Source: Mobula hypostoma (Eukaryota). Taken from it: a stretch of DNA of 64,000 nucleotides. Location: NCBI RefSeq assembly GCF_963921235.1, contig NC_086108.1, positions 620,001 to 684,000 of the forward strand, read 5' to 3'. The position numbers and the translations under genes were made by a program. Shown here in pieces: positions 26,400 through 38,560 of the stretch; the first letter of the stretch is position 1, and each line of letters begins with the position of its first letter. The notes below the pieces were generated by a model. The model was not told the DNA's origin, made no database searches, and saw only the letters and a list, made by a program, of their open reading frames with translations.

Positions 26400-26490
26400 G
26401 AATAAGCTCATCTCAGGCTTCCAGCTGGGTACAGGTATCGATTATAAGTAACGTTTCGATGCCAAACACTGCATCTTCTTCATCAACCAC
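26400..26490 (-). mobile_element. Second PLE-type terminal repeat with a degenerate hammerhead
   Basis: Minus strand: ATGAAGA-A-GATGC[AGTGTTTG]GCATC-GAAACGTT (perfect 5-bp stem II; C3 mutated). Confidence 0.5.
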
Positions 26491-26499
26491 ACTGGGAAA

Positions 26500-27650
26500 G
26501 TACTAGATCCTTTTGTTTTGCACTTCAACTCATCCCACTAACTGCAATTTTGTCCTATCATTAGCCTGTCCTTCCTCACAGTCTCACTGCACACTGCATC
26601 TACTTGGATACCAATTGCCTCATCCTCATCCTTATCACTCCAGTTCTGAAACCCCTGCCAACTTAGCTTAAACCCTCCCCAACAGCTCCGGCAGACATGC
26701 CCACAAAGGCATTGGTCATCCGCGGGTTCAGGTTTAATCTATCCTTTTTTGTACAGGTCATACCTTCCCCAGAAGAGATCCCAATGATCCAGAAACCTGA
26801 ACCCCTGCCACTTGCGCCACTTCCTCAGCCACTCATTCATCTGTACCATCATCCTTTTCTTGCCCTGATTGGCGCATGGTACTGGGAGTAATCCAGTGAT
26901 TACTACCTTGGAGGTCCTGCCTTTCAGCCATTTCCCTAACTCCCCAAACTCACTGCACAGAACTTCTTCCCCATTTCTACCTATGACATTGGTGACAATG
27001 TATACCACGACTTCTGGCTGCCCACACTTCCTCTTGAGAATCTTCTGAAGCCTCTCGGCGACATCTGGACCCCAGCACTTAGAAGACAGCACATCATCCT
27101 GACTCTTTTCCACAGCTATATAATCTCCTGTCTGTCCCCCTACAATTTAGTCCCCTTTCACTACTGCTCTGCCTGACTTCACCATTCCCTGCTGAGCCTC
27201 AGAGCCAGACATGGTGCCACAAGCCTGGCTGTTGCTGTTGTGCCCTGATAGGTCATACCCCCAGCAGTTTTCATAGGGTTACTTGTTACTGAGGCGAATT
27301 GGCACAGGAGAACCCTGCACTAACTGCTTACTCCCCTTGCTTCTCCTGGTGGTCACCCATCTACTATCGAAAGCCTGGACTCTGGGTGTGGCCACCTCAG
27401 TAAAAGACTCATCTGTGATGTTTTCAGCCTTCTGTATGGTCCTGAGTGCATCTAGCTCCAGCTCCATTTCCTTCACCTTGTCAGTCAAGGGGTGGAATTA
27501 GATGCACGTCCTGTAGATATAGTCATTGGGAAAACCACTAGGTCCCCTGATTTCCCACATTTCACAGGAGGAGCATTCCACTGCCTGAACTACCTGCCTA
27601 CACTTGTTATACCTCCAACTTCTCAAACTTAAGTTCTATCTAGCCTGTGC
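26500..27650 (-). mobile_element. CR1 ORF1 (coiled coil + SGNH esterase) fragment
   Basis: ORFs 27279-27488 (VKEMELELDALR) and 26739-27113 (VVITGLLPVP..FRFLDHWDLFWGR). Confidence 0.85.
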
Positions 27651-28864
27651 CTGTTCTCGCCCAAGCATGTTGAGACAAAGCCTTGCGACTCTAACACTGT
27701 CCACTTACACAATGCTCAAACCCTGTTTCTTTTCATCAGCCTTTGCAAATTAACCCCAGTTATTATTAACCCAGGCAATACCTCATTCCGTAGACAAGTC
27801 CGGACAGGCTCTGCTCGCTTTTTAAAACTGGTGCATTAAGTCCACAAGGAACCGTCTCCAACTCACTTTGCAACTTGCCACATCTCCAAATTCCAAGGAT
27901 TTAAGGGTTAGTAGATTAACTGGTCACATGAGAATAATTGGATAGTGTGGGCACATTAGGCCAGAGGGGCCTGTTATCATGCTGTCTTGTATGTACCTTG
28001 TGCTGCATGAGACTGTTGATACGGTGTTTTGCACCTTGGCCCCAGAGTAAAGCTGTTTCGTTTGGCTGTATTCATGTATGGTTGAATGATAATTAAACTT
28101 TAACTTTGAAATAAAATAAAAGTAAAACTTTTGTGGAGGATGGCAAGCAAGGAGACAGCTTAAACAACATACTTTGATGTACAAACATTTGTACCAGGAT
28201 CTCTGGGAAGTGAATTCCTTCTACTTGCCTATACCACGTCATCCAAAGCAACTGAACTCAATGTTTTGACGACAATTTAAGCCCCAAGCCAAATTGGAAA
28301 GGTTGGGTACAGGCCGAATTAAGGAGGCAGGGTCCAGGCTCCACAGCCTATCAAAGCAACTGAACCCAACGTTTGGATAACAATTTCCCACCAGGCAAGA
28401 CTTAAATGGTCGGGGTGCAGGACCGGAGGCAAGAGACAGGCTGGTTCAACTCACTGCTCTGCTCTGCACTGAACTAAGGGTCCGTGGACAAACTCTCTTT
28501 GTGGACTTCAGTTCAAAATACTATTTGCTTGCGTTTGTTGTGTGCATGATTTAGTTTTTTTGTTCTCTCTGCACATTGGGTGTTTGACAGTCATCTTTTG
28601 TTATGGTTTTTTGAGGTATCTTTCTTTCGTGGCTGCCTGTTTGGAAACAAATCTCAAAGTTGTATAATGTATACATTATAATAAACTTTCAACTTTGAAC
28701 CCCACTCCTCAACACCTGATCCACTGCAGAGTAAGCATCAGAGTAAGCAATTTAAATGGTTCAGCATGGATTATTAGATGGGCCAAATGGCCTGTTTCTG
28801 TACTGTGCTTTTCTAGTACTCCATAAAGATCCAAAAGTAATTTTTAAAAAAACTGCAGATGCTG

Positions 28865-29288
28865 TTCTCTAACTTCCGTTAATGCCCCACCTCTCCCTCG
28901 TACCCCATCCGTTATTTATTTATATACACACATTCTTTCTCTCTCTCTCCTTTTTCTCCCTCTATCCCTCTGACTATACCCCTTGCCCATCCTCTGGGTT
29001 TCCCCCCCTCCCCCTTTTCTTTCTCCCTGGGCCTCCTGTCCCATGATCCTCTCATATCCCTTTTGCCTATCACCTGTCCAGCTCTTGGCTCCATCCCTCC
29101 CCCTCCTGTCTTCTCCCATCATTTTGGATCTCCCCATCCCCCTCCCCCTCCCCTTCCCACTTTCAAATCTCTTACTAACTCTTCCTTCAGTTTGTCCTGA
29201 CCAAGGGTCTTGGCCTGAAGCGTCGACTGTACTTCTTCCTAGAGATGCTGCCTGGCCTGCTGCATTCACCAGCAGCTTTGATGTGTGT
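28865..29288 (+). mobile_element. Solo PLE terminal repeat with degenerate hammerhead
   Basis: Close copy of 57070-57487. TGCAGATG(C/T)TG is duplicated at 28854-28864 and 29289-29299. Confidence 0.85.
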
Positions 29289-30459
29289 TGCAGATGTTGG
29301 TAATCTGAAATAAATCAGAGAATGCTGGAGACACACTGCAGGTCAGGCAGCATCTGAGGAGAGAGAAGCAGAATGAAAAATTAACGTTTCATAAGAATGA
29401 TCTTTCATCAGAATAAATCTGGCATCAGGGTTCATGTGACTACATATCGAATCAATATTGGCAAACTCTGCTCCAGGGTACAGGCATTGATTTAGTCTGG
29501 TTCCATCGAAAGGAACCTGAACTGAATTCACTCTTTGTAATGTGGTTTCCTGATGCTTTCTGTTTAAGCTTGTTAAGTTTATTTTGATAGTCTTGGGGAT
29601 TCTGTGCTACTTGCATTATATAAATGGACGCCTGACCAGTGCTAATCGCAGCGTCCTAACTTTGAGAATGTGTCGCTTGGCTGAGCCGCTGATGTCCTGT
29701 TGGAATTGTTAGGAATCATGAAGTCAGAGCTGTCCTCCCAGGGTTTTGCTTGGTAGAGGACAAGTTTATTGTGGCAGTTCCTTTTTTCTGCACTCAAATG
29801 GATTCGGGGCCTCAGGTTGTGGGCTTGCTTGCTTTCCAGCCACCGGAGGAAGAGGCATCTGAGCCAGCACGCTGTACTGGGGGCGGCACAGTGCATTTGT
29901 GGCAACTGGAGATTTCCAAAGGACTGAGGGGTCTGGACTGTATACATACATATTTGTGTGGTTGTGTTTTTACTAATATTCTATATGTGCCTGTATATAC
30001 GAGGACTGAGCCTAAAAACCACGGTGTCACCTAGCGGGTATCAGGGTGGGTCGACAGATGATATCAAGTGGGCTGGGGAGAGGGGAATCTGGGCTATATA
30101 TATGCATATTCTGTATCGTTGTATTTACTGATATTCTGTATGGGTTTGTTGACTTGTATGTGCAAAGACTGGACATTAAGTCTCGACGGGGGGGGGAGGG
30201 GGGGAGTTGGGACTCTTATTACATGATTGTGTTCTTGTATGTGACTGATGTAATGTGTCTTCACACCTGGACCCTGGGGTAACATGGTAACATTGTCTCA
30301 CCTGGCTGTATTCATGAGTATTCGTTCATTGCTGAATGAATTGAATTAAATAAATTCCAGTCATCATCTCTACATTGGAGTCTGTCTTTCCTCCACACTT
30401 GGGTTCTGATATTGCCAGCGCACATGGTGACAGAACAGTGTTATGATCACAGAGAAATT

Positions 30460-30740
30460 GCACGGTCATAGATTAGGAGTGAAAGGTGAAGAGTTAAGGG
30501 GAACATGAGGAGGAACTTCTTCACTCAGAGGGTAGTGACAGTGTGGAATGAGTTGCCAGCACAAGTGGTGCATGTGAGCTCCATTTCAACGTTTGAGAGA
30601 GGTTTGGATAGGTACATGGATGGTAGGGGTATGGAGGGCTAGGGTCCCGGTGCAGGTCAATAGCACTGGGCAGTTTAAATGGTTTGGCATGGACTACATG
30701 GACTGAAGGGCCTGTTTCTGCACTGTACTTTTCTATGACT
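30460..30740 (+). mobile_element. CR1 3' end
   Basis: RNFFTQRVV-like coding remnant and CR1 3' UTR. Confidence 0.75.
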
Positions 30741-31502
30741 AAGTCAAAGTACCTTGATTATCAAAATATGTATGCAGTATACAACCCTGAAGTTCACCTT
30801 TGACTTGTTGTGGTGGAGAGGTTTGAGTTCCTGAGATCCTAAGAGTGATGCCGTCAGGAGTTTAGCTGCTGGTAGGGTCACACGTGGTGGTAAGGTCAAG
30901 GGTGAAGCTCTAGACCAAGAGCAATTCAACCGACGTCAACAGTGGTAGAGCTGGTGGAAGGTGATGACACATCACAACAGCACTGGGCAGAGGAAGGCTG
31001 CAGCAGTGAAGGCTCCCCAGCCATCTTGCATTCCATACCACTGGACCCTGACCCCCATCTGTCAAGGGCTGAGTGGTGGCTGCCAAAGCATCAGCCTCCC
31101 CAACTTCAACAAAGTCACACACAGGCATTCTCCACTAAGGGAATCTAATTTAACATCCCAGCTATGTGGATTCCAAACAGGCCTCTACAGCTACCTGGAG
31201 ACCCTTACAAAAACATCCCACTCAGCCTGAGTGATCATATGACTACTATTAGAGACAAAGGAGAATCTTCAAGGATGTGAGGGTAAAGGAGAAAGGAACC
31301 AATGTGTAAGGATTATTTCTGTGAAGCATATTTATTGAGTTACTGGCTCTGGGTGTGGAATTTTTTTAGTTATAGACAGTATTATTGTTAACCTTTGAGT
31401 CATACGTCTGGTATTCTGCCTTAAGTCATTCTGTCTTAACACAAAAGGTGAAGTTGGCATAAAACCAAGCTCATATTAAGTGGGCAAATGGTCATATTCC
31501 TA

Positions 31503-32020
31503 CAGCCAGTGTCCACTTTATTCAGTACACCTGCTTGTTAATGCAAATATCTAATTAGCCAGTCATGTGGCAGCAACTCAATATACGAAAGCATGCAGAC
31601 ACGGTCAAGAGATTCAATTGTAGTTTAGACCAAACATCAGAAAGGGGAAGGAATGTGATCTAAGTGACTTTGATTGTGGAATGATTGTTGGTGGCAGATG
31701 GGGTGGTTTGAGTATCTCAGAAATCGCTGATCTCCTGCAATTTTCATGCACAGCAGTCTAAAACTTATAGACAATGGTGTGAAAAACAAAAAAAAATCCA
31801 GTTCTGTGGGCAAAAAAAGAGCTTATTAATGAGAGAGGCAGAGGAGAAAGGCCAGACTAGTTCAAGCTGACAGGAAGGCAACAGTAACTCAAATAAACAC
31901 GTTTCAACAGTGCTGTGTGGAAGACCCATCTCTAAATGCACAACATGTCGAACCCTGAAGTGGATGGGCTAAGTGAAAATACACTTAGTGGTCACAGGAG
32001 GTATCTGATAAAGTGTGCAT
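31503..32020 (+). mobile_element. Internally deleted Tc1-like element
   Basis: TIR-like CAGTGTCCACTTTATTCAGTACACC. ~31640-31750 encodes GKECDLSDFDCGMIVGGRWGGLSISEIADLL (Tc1 HTH). Confidence 0.8.
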
Positions 32021-32329
32021 ATTATACAGAGCCTCGCTGGGTTACAGAAGACCTGACTTACAGAAAACCTACTTTATGCAAATTTTTCACAACAGGAATG
32101 TTCGTCATAGAAATGTAAGTATCTTCAGGTTATGGGATTGAACAAAAAGCTGGTAAATACAAAAGAGAACAAGCCTTCAGAGAAAAACAATTTACATATA
32201 ACTTTCCCACAGTAACCAGACAACATTAACTGTTCAGATCACAGGCTGTCGGTACACAGCCTGAGGCTACCTAATAAATATGCCACGGAAACTGACAAAG
32301 CAATAATTCTCTATTCAGACTTGTAAACT

Positions 32330-33910
32330 AAAGTTCAAAGTAGATTTATTATTGAAGTATTTATGTCACTGTATACAACTCTGAGATTTATTTTCTTTCG
32401 GGCATTCACAGTAGATGTAAAGAAATACAATAGAATCAATGAAAAACAACACAAACACACAAAGACTGACAAACAACCAATGTGCAAATGAACACAAACT
32501 GCAAATAATTAAATAAATAAGCAAACAAACAAATAATATTGAGAATGCAAGTTGTCAAGTCCTTGAAAGTGAGCCTGTAGGTTGTGGCAAACACAAGAAA
32601 ATCTGCAGATGCTGGAAATTCAAGCAACACACACAAAATGCTGGTAGAACACAGCAGGCCAGGCAGCATCTATAGGAAGAGGTACAGTCGACGTTTTGGG
32701 CCGAGATGTCAATTGTACCTCTTCCTATAGATGCTGCCTGGCCTGCTGTGTTCTACCAGCATTTTTGTGTGTGTTGCTGTAGGTTGTGGAATCAGTTCAG
32801 TGTTGAGGTGAGTGAAGTTATCTACGCCAGTTTGGGAACCTGATGGTGTAACTGTCCCTGAACCTGGTGGTGTGGAACCCAAGGCTCCAGTACCTCCTTC
32901 CTGATGGTAGCAGTGAGAAGAGATCATGGCCTGGATGGTGGTGGTCCTTGATGATCGATACTGCTTCCTTCTAGATATGCTCACAGGTGGCGAGGGTTTT
33001 TCCTGTAATGGTCTGGACTGCATCCACTACGTTTTGTGTATTTTCCATTCATGGGAATTGGTGTATCCATGATACAACCAATCATGATACTCTCTACTGT
33101 GCATCTATAGCAGTTCATCAAAGTTTTGGATGACTTACCAAATCTGTGCATACTTCTAAGAAAGTAGAGATCTTCTTTATAATGGCATTTACGTACAAAA
33201 TCTCTGAAATTACAACACCAAGGAATTTACAGTTAATGACCATTTCCACCCCCGATCACCTGATGAGGATTGGCTTATGGACCTCTGGTTTCCTTCTCCT
33301 GGTCAATAATCTGCTCTTTGGTTTTGCTGACATTGAGTGAGAGGTTTTTTTTTGGCACCCCTCAACCAGATTTTCAATCTCCTCCTATATTGCGATTTGT
33401 CACCAACTTTGATTTGGCCCAATGGTGTCATCAGCAAACTTAAATATGGCATTGGAGCTGTGCTTAGCCACAGAGTCATAAGTATAAAGGAAGCAGAGCA
33501 GGGGGCTAAGCACACAGCCGTGTTGCGCACTTGCACTGATGGAGATTGTAGAGGAAGTATTGTTGCCAATCTGAACTGACTGGGGTCTACAAGTGAGGAA
33601 ATCCGGGATCCATTTGCACAAGGGGTTATCATGGCCTAGGTCTTGGAGCTCATTGATTAGTTTTGAGGGGTGATAGTATGTAGTCAATGTGGAGGATCCT
33701 GATGTATGCATCTTCACTGTCTAGATGTTCCAGGACTGAGTGAAAAGCCAATGAAATGACATCTGCTGTTGTGACGAGGTAGACAAATTGGAGCAGGTCC
33801 GAGTCACTCCGTGGGGAAGGGTTGATCTGTTTCATGATCATCCTCGCAGAGCAGCTCATCACAGAGAATCCAAGTGCTACTGGATGATAATCATTGAGGC
33901 AAGTCACCAC
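32330..33910 (-). mobile_element. Decayed Rex1/Babar-like LINE
   Basis: LNDYHPVAL, WIPDFLTCRPQSV, HGCVLSPLL, FKFADDT. Confidence 0.8.
32588..32776. mobile_element. Miniature inverted PLE-end insertion (hairpin) with 13-bp TSD
   Basis: Arms ~32623-32692 and ~32706-32778 are reverse complements. CTGTAGGTTGTGG at 32575-32587 and 32777-32789. Confidence 0.85.
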
Positions 33911-34269
33911 ATAAATACTTTATCAGACAACGTAGGAGCCTTTATACTTTAAGATATTGAATGTGGAATGTGCTGGTTCAGTACCATTGTAACTGCACAG
34001 GGGAAGACAATACATAAACATTCACCTTACGTAATTCTTCTTACTCTGAGTCCTGAAGAAGGGTCTCAGCCCAAAACTGTTTATTCAGTTTCATAGATCT
34101 GACCTAAGGTGCTGAGTTCCTCCAGCATTTTGTGTGTGTTCCCCTGAATTTTCAGCATCTATAAAATCTCTTGTCTATATAATTCTTTTTTATATCTATT
34201 TTTGTCATTTTTTTGAATATTATTTATTTTGCATGTTGTGTTCTGACTAACACACAACAGCAATTGCTA

Positions 34270-35005
34270 ATATATGTAAATGTACACAGACCAATCCTCA
34301 TATAGGGGTCAGAAATGGAGAGAAGGAGCATGTTCAGGTTCTTAGCTGTCATTATCTCTGAGGACCTAACCTGCACACAACATACTGATGCAGCTACAAA
34401 GACGGTGAGGAAGCAGCTATATTTCATCCGCAGTTTGAGGAGATTTGGTTGTTAATTAAGACACTTGAAAACTTCTACAAATGTACTGTGGAGATCATTC
34501 TGACTGGCTGCATCACCGGGGGTGGCTACTGCACAAGATCGAAATAAGTTGAAATAATTTGAATAACTTGTAAAATTATTCAGCTCCATCATAGGTACTA
34601 GCCTCCATAGTATCCAAGACATCTTCAAGGATGGGTGCCTCAGAAAGGCGGCATCCATCATTAAGGAGTCCCATCACCCAGGACATGCCCTCGTCTCATA
34701 GTTACCATAGGGAAGGAGGTACAGAAGCCTGAAGGCACACACTCAACCATTCAGGAACAGCTTTGTCCCCTCTGCCATATGATTTCTGAATAGGCATTGA
34801 GCCCATGAACACCACCTCACTACTTTTTTATTTCTGTTGTTTTGAACTAATTATTTAATTTAACTATTTAATAGAAATACAGTATATATACTTACTGTAA
34901 CTTTTTCCCCTGTATTTATTTATCATGTATTGCATTGTACTGCTGCTGTAAAGTCAACAAATTTCAAGACATATTCCGGTGATATTAAACCTGATTCTGA
35001 TTCTG
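34270..35005 (+). mobile_element. Rex1/Babar-like 3' fragment
   Basis: FYKCTVEIILTGCIT and SIIKESHHPGHAL-like remnants; (CTGATT) tail. Confidence 0.7.
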
Positions 35006-35164
35006 TTTAAGGCAAATAAAGTTGATCCTTGACCCTCAATAAAACCATTCATTTCTCACTTAAAATCATCATTTTACCCAGCACGATATTTCCCTCAAAC
35101 TGTGCTATGTTACCTTTGTTCATATTTTCATGAAAATTGTGCGTAATTTATTAATTTATATTCT

Positions 35165-35440
35165 CCGGTAGAGTAGCGGTTAGTACAAAGCTTTACAGTG
35201 CAGGTGACTGGGGTTCAATTCCCCTCACTGCCTCCCCATGAGTACGGGGTACGTTCTCCCCGAGAGCTCCGGTTTCCTCCGACTGTCCAAGCCATACTTG
35301 GCACAGTCGGTAGGTTAATTGGTCCTTGTAAATTGTCCCATGGTTAGGCTAGGGTTAAACTGGGGATTGCTGGGTCAGCGCAGCTCGAAGGGCTGGAAGG
35401 GCTTATTCTGCGCTGTATCTCAATAGATGAATCAAATAAA
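35165..35440 (+). mobile_element. tRNA-derived SINE
   Basis: A-box-like TAGCGGTTAG, B-box GGTTCAATTCC, conserved core and AATA tail. Relatives at ~39755-40030, 46890-47195, 58092-58350 and 59095-59390. Confidence 0.8.
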
Positions 35441-35759
35441 TCCCTTCTTCTCACAGAAGCTGCATGACCTGTTGAGTTCTCTCTTTCTCTCAACAGTGTC
35501 CTGTACATCGTAGGTAGGGGAGGGAGAGGGCCATTGCTTTGCTGCTGCTTGTGCGTGGGAGGGGGGCTTTGGGGTTCTACCATTTTGACTGACACTCACT
35601 CATTCTTTGGGGCATTCTTCTGTTTCGTGGATGTCTGCTCAGAACAACAATTTCAGAGTGTATATTGTACACATTCCCTGATATGAAATGGAACTGTTGA
35701 AAGATGTAGATTTTAAGTAGGAATTAAACGCAATTGGAAACAGATCTAGGATTTTTTTA

Positions 35760-36349
35760 CCCGTAGTTGGAGGCGCGGCGCTGGGAATCGAACCCACAAC
35801 CTCTGAGCTGGCAGGGACGAGCCGGTTCTGTTTACTTCTTTTGCAAAATGGTTGCCGAGCCTGAGTTGCAGAAACCAATCGGCAGATTCGACAACACCTT
35901 CAATCGACGTTCGATAAATTACTAAAACTGAGCCAGAATCACTTCAAATATATTTATGATTGATTTAAATCCGCCAGGCGGTTCTGAATCAAGTTGTCGA
36001 GGCTGCCGATTTGTATTTGACCCAGTCTCGCTCCCAAGTGCTGCTGGACGAAAGTGCGGTTAGGAAGGAGACAGAGTTCGGGCCGCCTTTCCACCCGGAC
36101 AACAACCGGATCGATTTAGTTTGTGAGCGGCGGTGGCGTGTGAGCTCCGGTGGATTTCATGAGGCTGGGCGGCGTGGTCGAGACTGAGAGCAGCGGAATA
36201 GTCTAGGGAAGCATACAGGGGGCTTTAAGCATCAGCGGAGAGGCCGAGGCCCCGGCTGGGGGACTGTGGCACCAAGGTCGGGGTACGAGGCTGCATCGTT
36301 TCGGACCCCAGGGTCCAGGACAACATTGTCCCGGGCCCGGGGGTGGGGT
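35760..36349 (+). promoter_or_regulatory. CpG-rich promoter / 5' UTR of PPP1R37
   Basis: Abrupt CpG enrichment in non-repeat DNA just before the exon; CCAAT at 35875-35879; GGGCGG at ~36167. Confidence 0.7.
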
Positions 36350-37811
36350 ATGGAGGCCTGTGATACCCCTGAAGAGGGAGCCCATCCTTTTAGTCATAGG
36401 GACCCCACCAACCCGGCAGCAAGCAAGTGTCACGGTTCTCCAGGGGAAGTGAGGATAGCCGCACTCCAACAGGAGAGTAATGCTAACCTGATACGCGGTA
36501 GCTGCCACAGTCAGGTTAATAATAACCCGGGAGAGGCCCATCAGGAGGAGGTGAGGGTCAGCCACAGTCCTCTTAATGGTCAGTCACACCAGCAAGGAGA
36601 TAATGCTAACCTGGGAGGGGGCATTTGTCACGATCAGAGTAACAACAATGTGGAAGAGGCTGATCTGGGAGAGGTGGAGGTTAGTAACTGCCACCTGAAA
36701 AGGGTGTGGCCTCGGGAAGGGAATAATACGCGCGCTGAAGAGGGTTGGTGTCACAGTAGGGGTAGTACTTTACGAGAGGATGGAGGGTTCAGCCCTGGAA
36801 ATGGTAACCGCCGGTGTCAAGGGGAAGTGGAGGCTAGCGTAACGTTTAACAGCCGGTCGGAAGTGAAAGAGGGTGAGCAAGATGTTCACTTGCAAAATGG
36901 AAGAAGCCCAGAGGATGGATTGGGTAACTGCTTGCTAGAATTTGAGGGCTCAAAAGCTGAGCTGGAGAGAGAGCAGGTGCAGGCTGGAGTGAATGTGTTG
37001 GCAGCTGAAGGGAAAAGCAGTGAAGAGACTGGGAGAACTGAGGCAGCATCACGGTGTGCTGCGGAAAGCAGGGTGCCCACACGGGAGCCTGACAGAGCAT
37101 CACAAGAAGTGGGGGGGAATGAGGGCAAAGATATGTTGATGGGGAACAGAATGGAGGGAATGGGCCCAGAAGCTGGTCTGCCTGGGGTGAATAGTCTGAC
37201 AACAGAGAAGACACTAGAAGAACAAGGGGGAAGGCAGGAAGTTTGCATGAAAGAGGAGTTCACACAGAGTGCTTCACTGGCAAAGAATTTAGAAGATGAA
37301 GCTGTTGAGAAAAGAATACAGCAGACGAGAATTGGAGAAAGTGACAGAGAGGGTAGCAGCCAAGCCTTGGAACTGAGTGTGGTGCTGCAGGAGGCTAAAA
37401 GCATCTCTGAACAGACTCCTGCAGAGTACGATGTCAAGAAGGATTTTGAACTAATTTTGGAAGCAGAGAGCAGCGTGAATTTCCAGGGGAAGGACTGTGA
37501 GGAAATGGAATTGGGCAGTGAGGAGTTACAAACAGCAGCAAGCACTGACAGCTTGTCAACATCGCCCTGTGGCAATTGGCCTTTGCATTTTGCTCCTCCT
37601 CATGTATCATTGGATGTGCTCTCCCCCCTTGGAAGCAACATACCCCATCCGCTTGCCCTGATTCCCCCCAGCCCGGACCAGCCCGACGACTCCACATTAC
37701 TCTCACCCACTGCAGACTGCCGGGGAAAGCACGCTGTGAAGAGGGTAACCTTTCCCTCAGATGAGGCCATCGTTTCTGGTGCAGTGGAACCTAAAGATCC
37801 TTGGAGACACG
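36350..37811 (+). CDS. PPP1R37: Protein phosphatase 1 regulatory subunit 37 (LRRC68), coding exon 1
   Basis: The ORF ends KRVTFPSDEAIVSGAVEPKDPWRH, matching mammalian PPP1R37 KRVTFPSDEDIVSGAVEPKDPWRHA (RVxF motif, recalled from memory). Phase-1 donor CACG|GTAAAG; first in-frame ATG in strong context (GGTATGG). No exon 2 seen in the window. Confidence 0.9.
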
Positions 37812-37934
37812 GTAAAGCCTAGAATACCTTATTATTTATTTTTCTGGTGGTTCTTTCTGTTCTTTACTAACCTCATGGATAATATGTCCATACATTTCCC
37901 CTGCCAGACCCTGTGTATAATTGTTCCATGCTTC

Positions 37935-38560
37935 AAACTTCAAAGTAAGTCTTATAATCAGAGTACTTACAGGGCATCTCATACAACCCTGATATTCATT
38001 TTCCTGTGGGCATACTTAGCAAATCTATAGAAGAGTAACTATAAAAAGGATCAATGAAAGATTAAATAGAGCGTAGAAGACAACAAACTGTACAAGTGCA
38101 AATTTAAGTAAGGAGAGTGTGAAATAACAAGATAAAGAGTCCTTAAAGTGAGATCATTGGTTGTGGGAACATCTCAATGGATTAGTGTAGTTATCCTCTT
38201 TTGTTAAGGGCCTGATGGTTGAGGGATAGTAACTGGTCCTGAACCTGGTGGTGCGAGTCCTGAGCCTCTTGTACTTTCTATCTGATGGCAGCAGTGAAAA
38301 AAGAGCTGCATGGTGGGGATCTCCGATAGCAGATGCTGCTTTCCTGCAACAGCGTTTCATGTAGATGTGCTCAATGGTTGGGAGGGCTTCACCTCTGATG
38401 TACTGGACTGAAACCACTACCTTTTGTGGGATTTTCTGTTCAAAGGCATTAGTGTTTCCATACCAGGCCGTAATGCAGCCAGGCAATACACTCTCAACTG
38501 CACATCTAAAGAAGTTTGTCAGAGTTTTAGATAACATGCTGAATCTCTGCAAACTTATGA
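37935..38560 (-). mobile_element. Rex1/Babar-like 3' fragment
   Basis: ORF 38154-38663 (FFRCAVESVLPGCITAWYGN..TTRFRTSYYPSTIR). Confidence 0.85.

Noticed and set aside
29560..30034. Short ORFs in non-obvious sequence
   Set aside because: No recognisable homology or consistent splice sites; probably a decayed repeat.
35165..35240. tRNA genes at the A/B-box loci
   Set aside because: No complete cloverleaf; each is followed by SINE body sequence.
36266..36349. ORF-track start at GTG 36266 and stop at 37822
   Set aside because: ATG 36350 is the likelier start, and the protein should continue by splicing after 37811 rather than ending at ..HGKA*.
36846..37706. Antisense ORFs over PPP1R37 exon 1
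   Set aside because: Shadow frames of a purine-rich coding exon.
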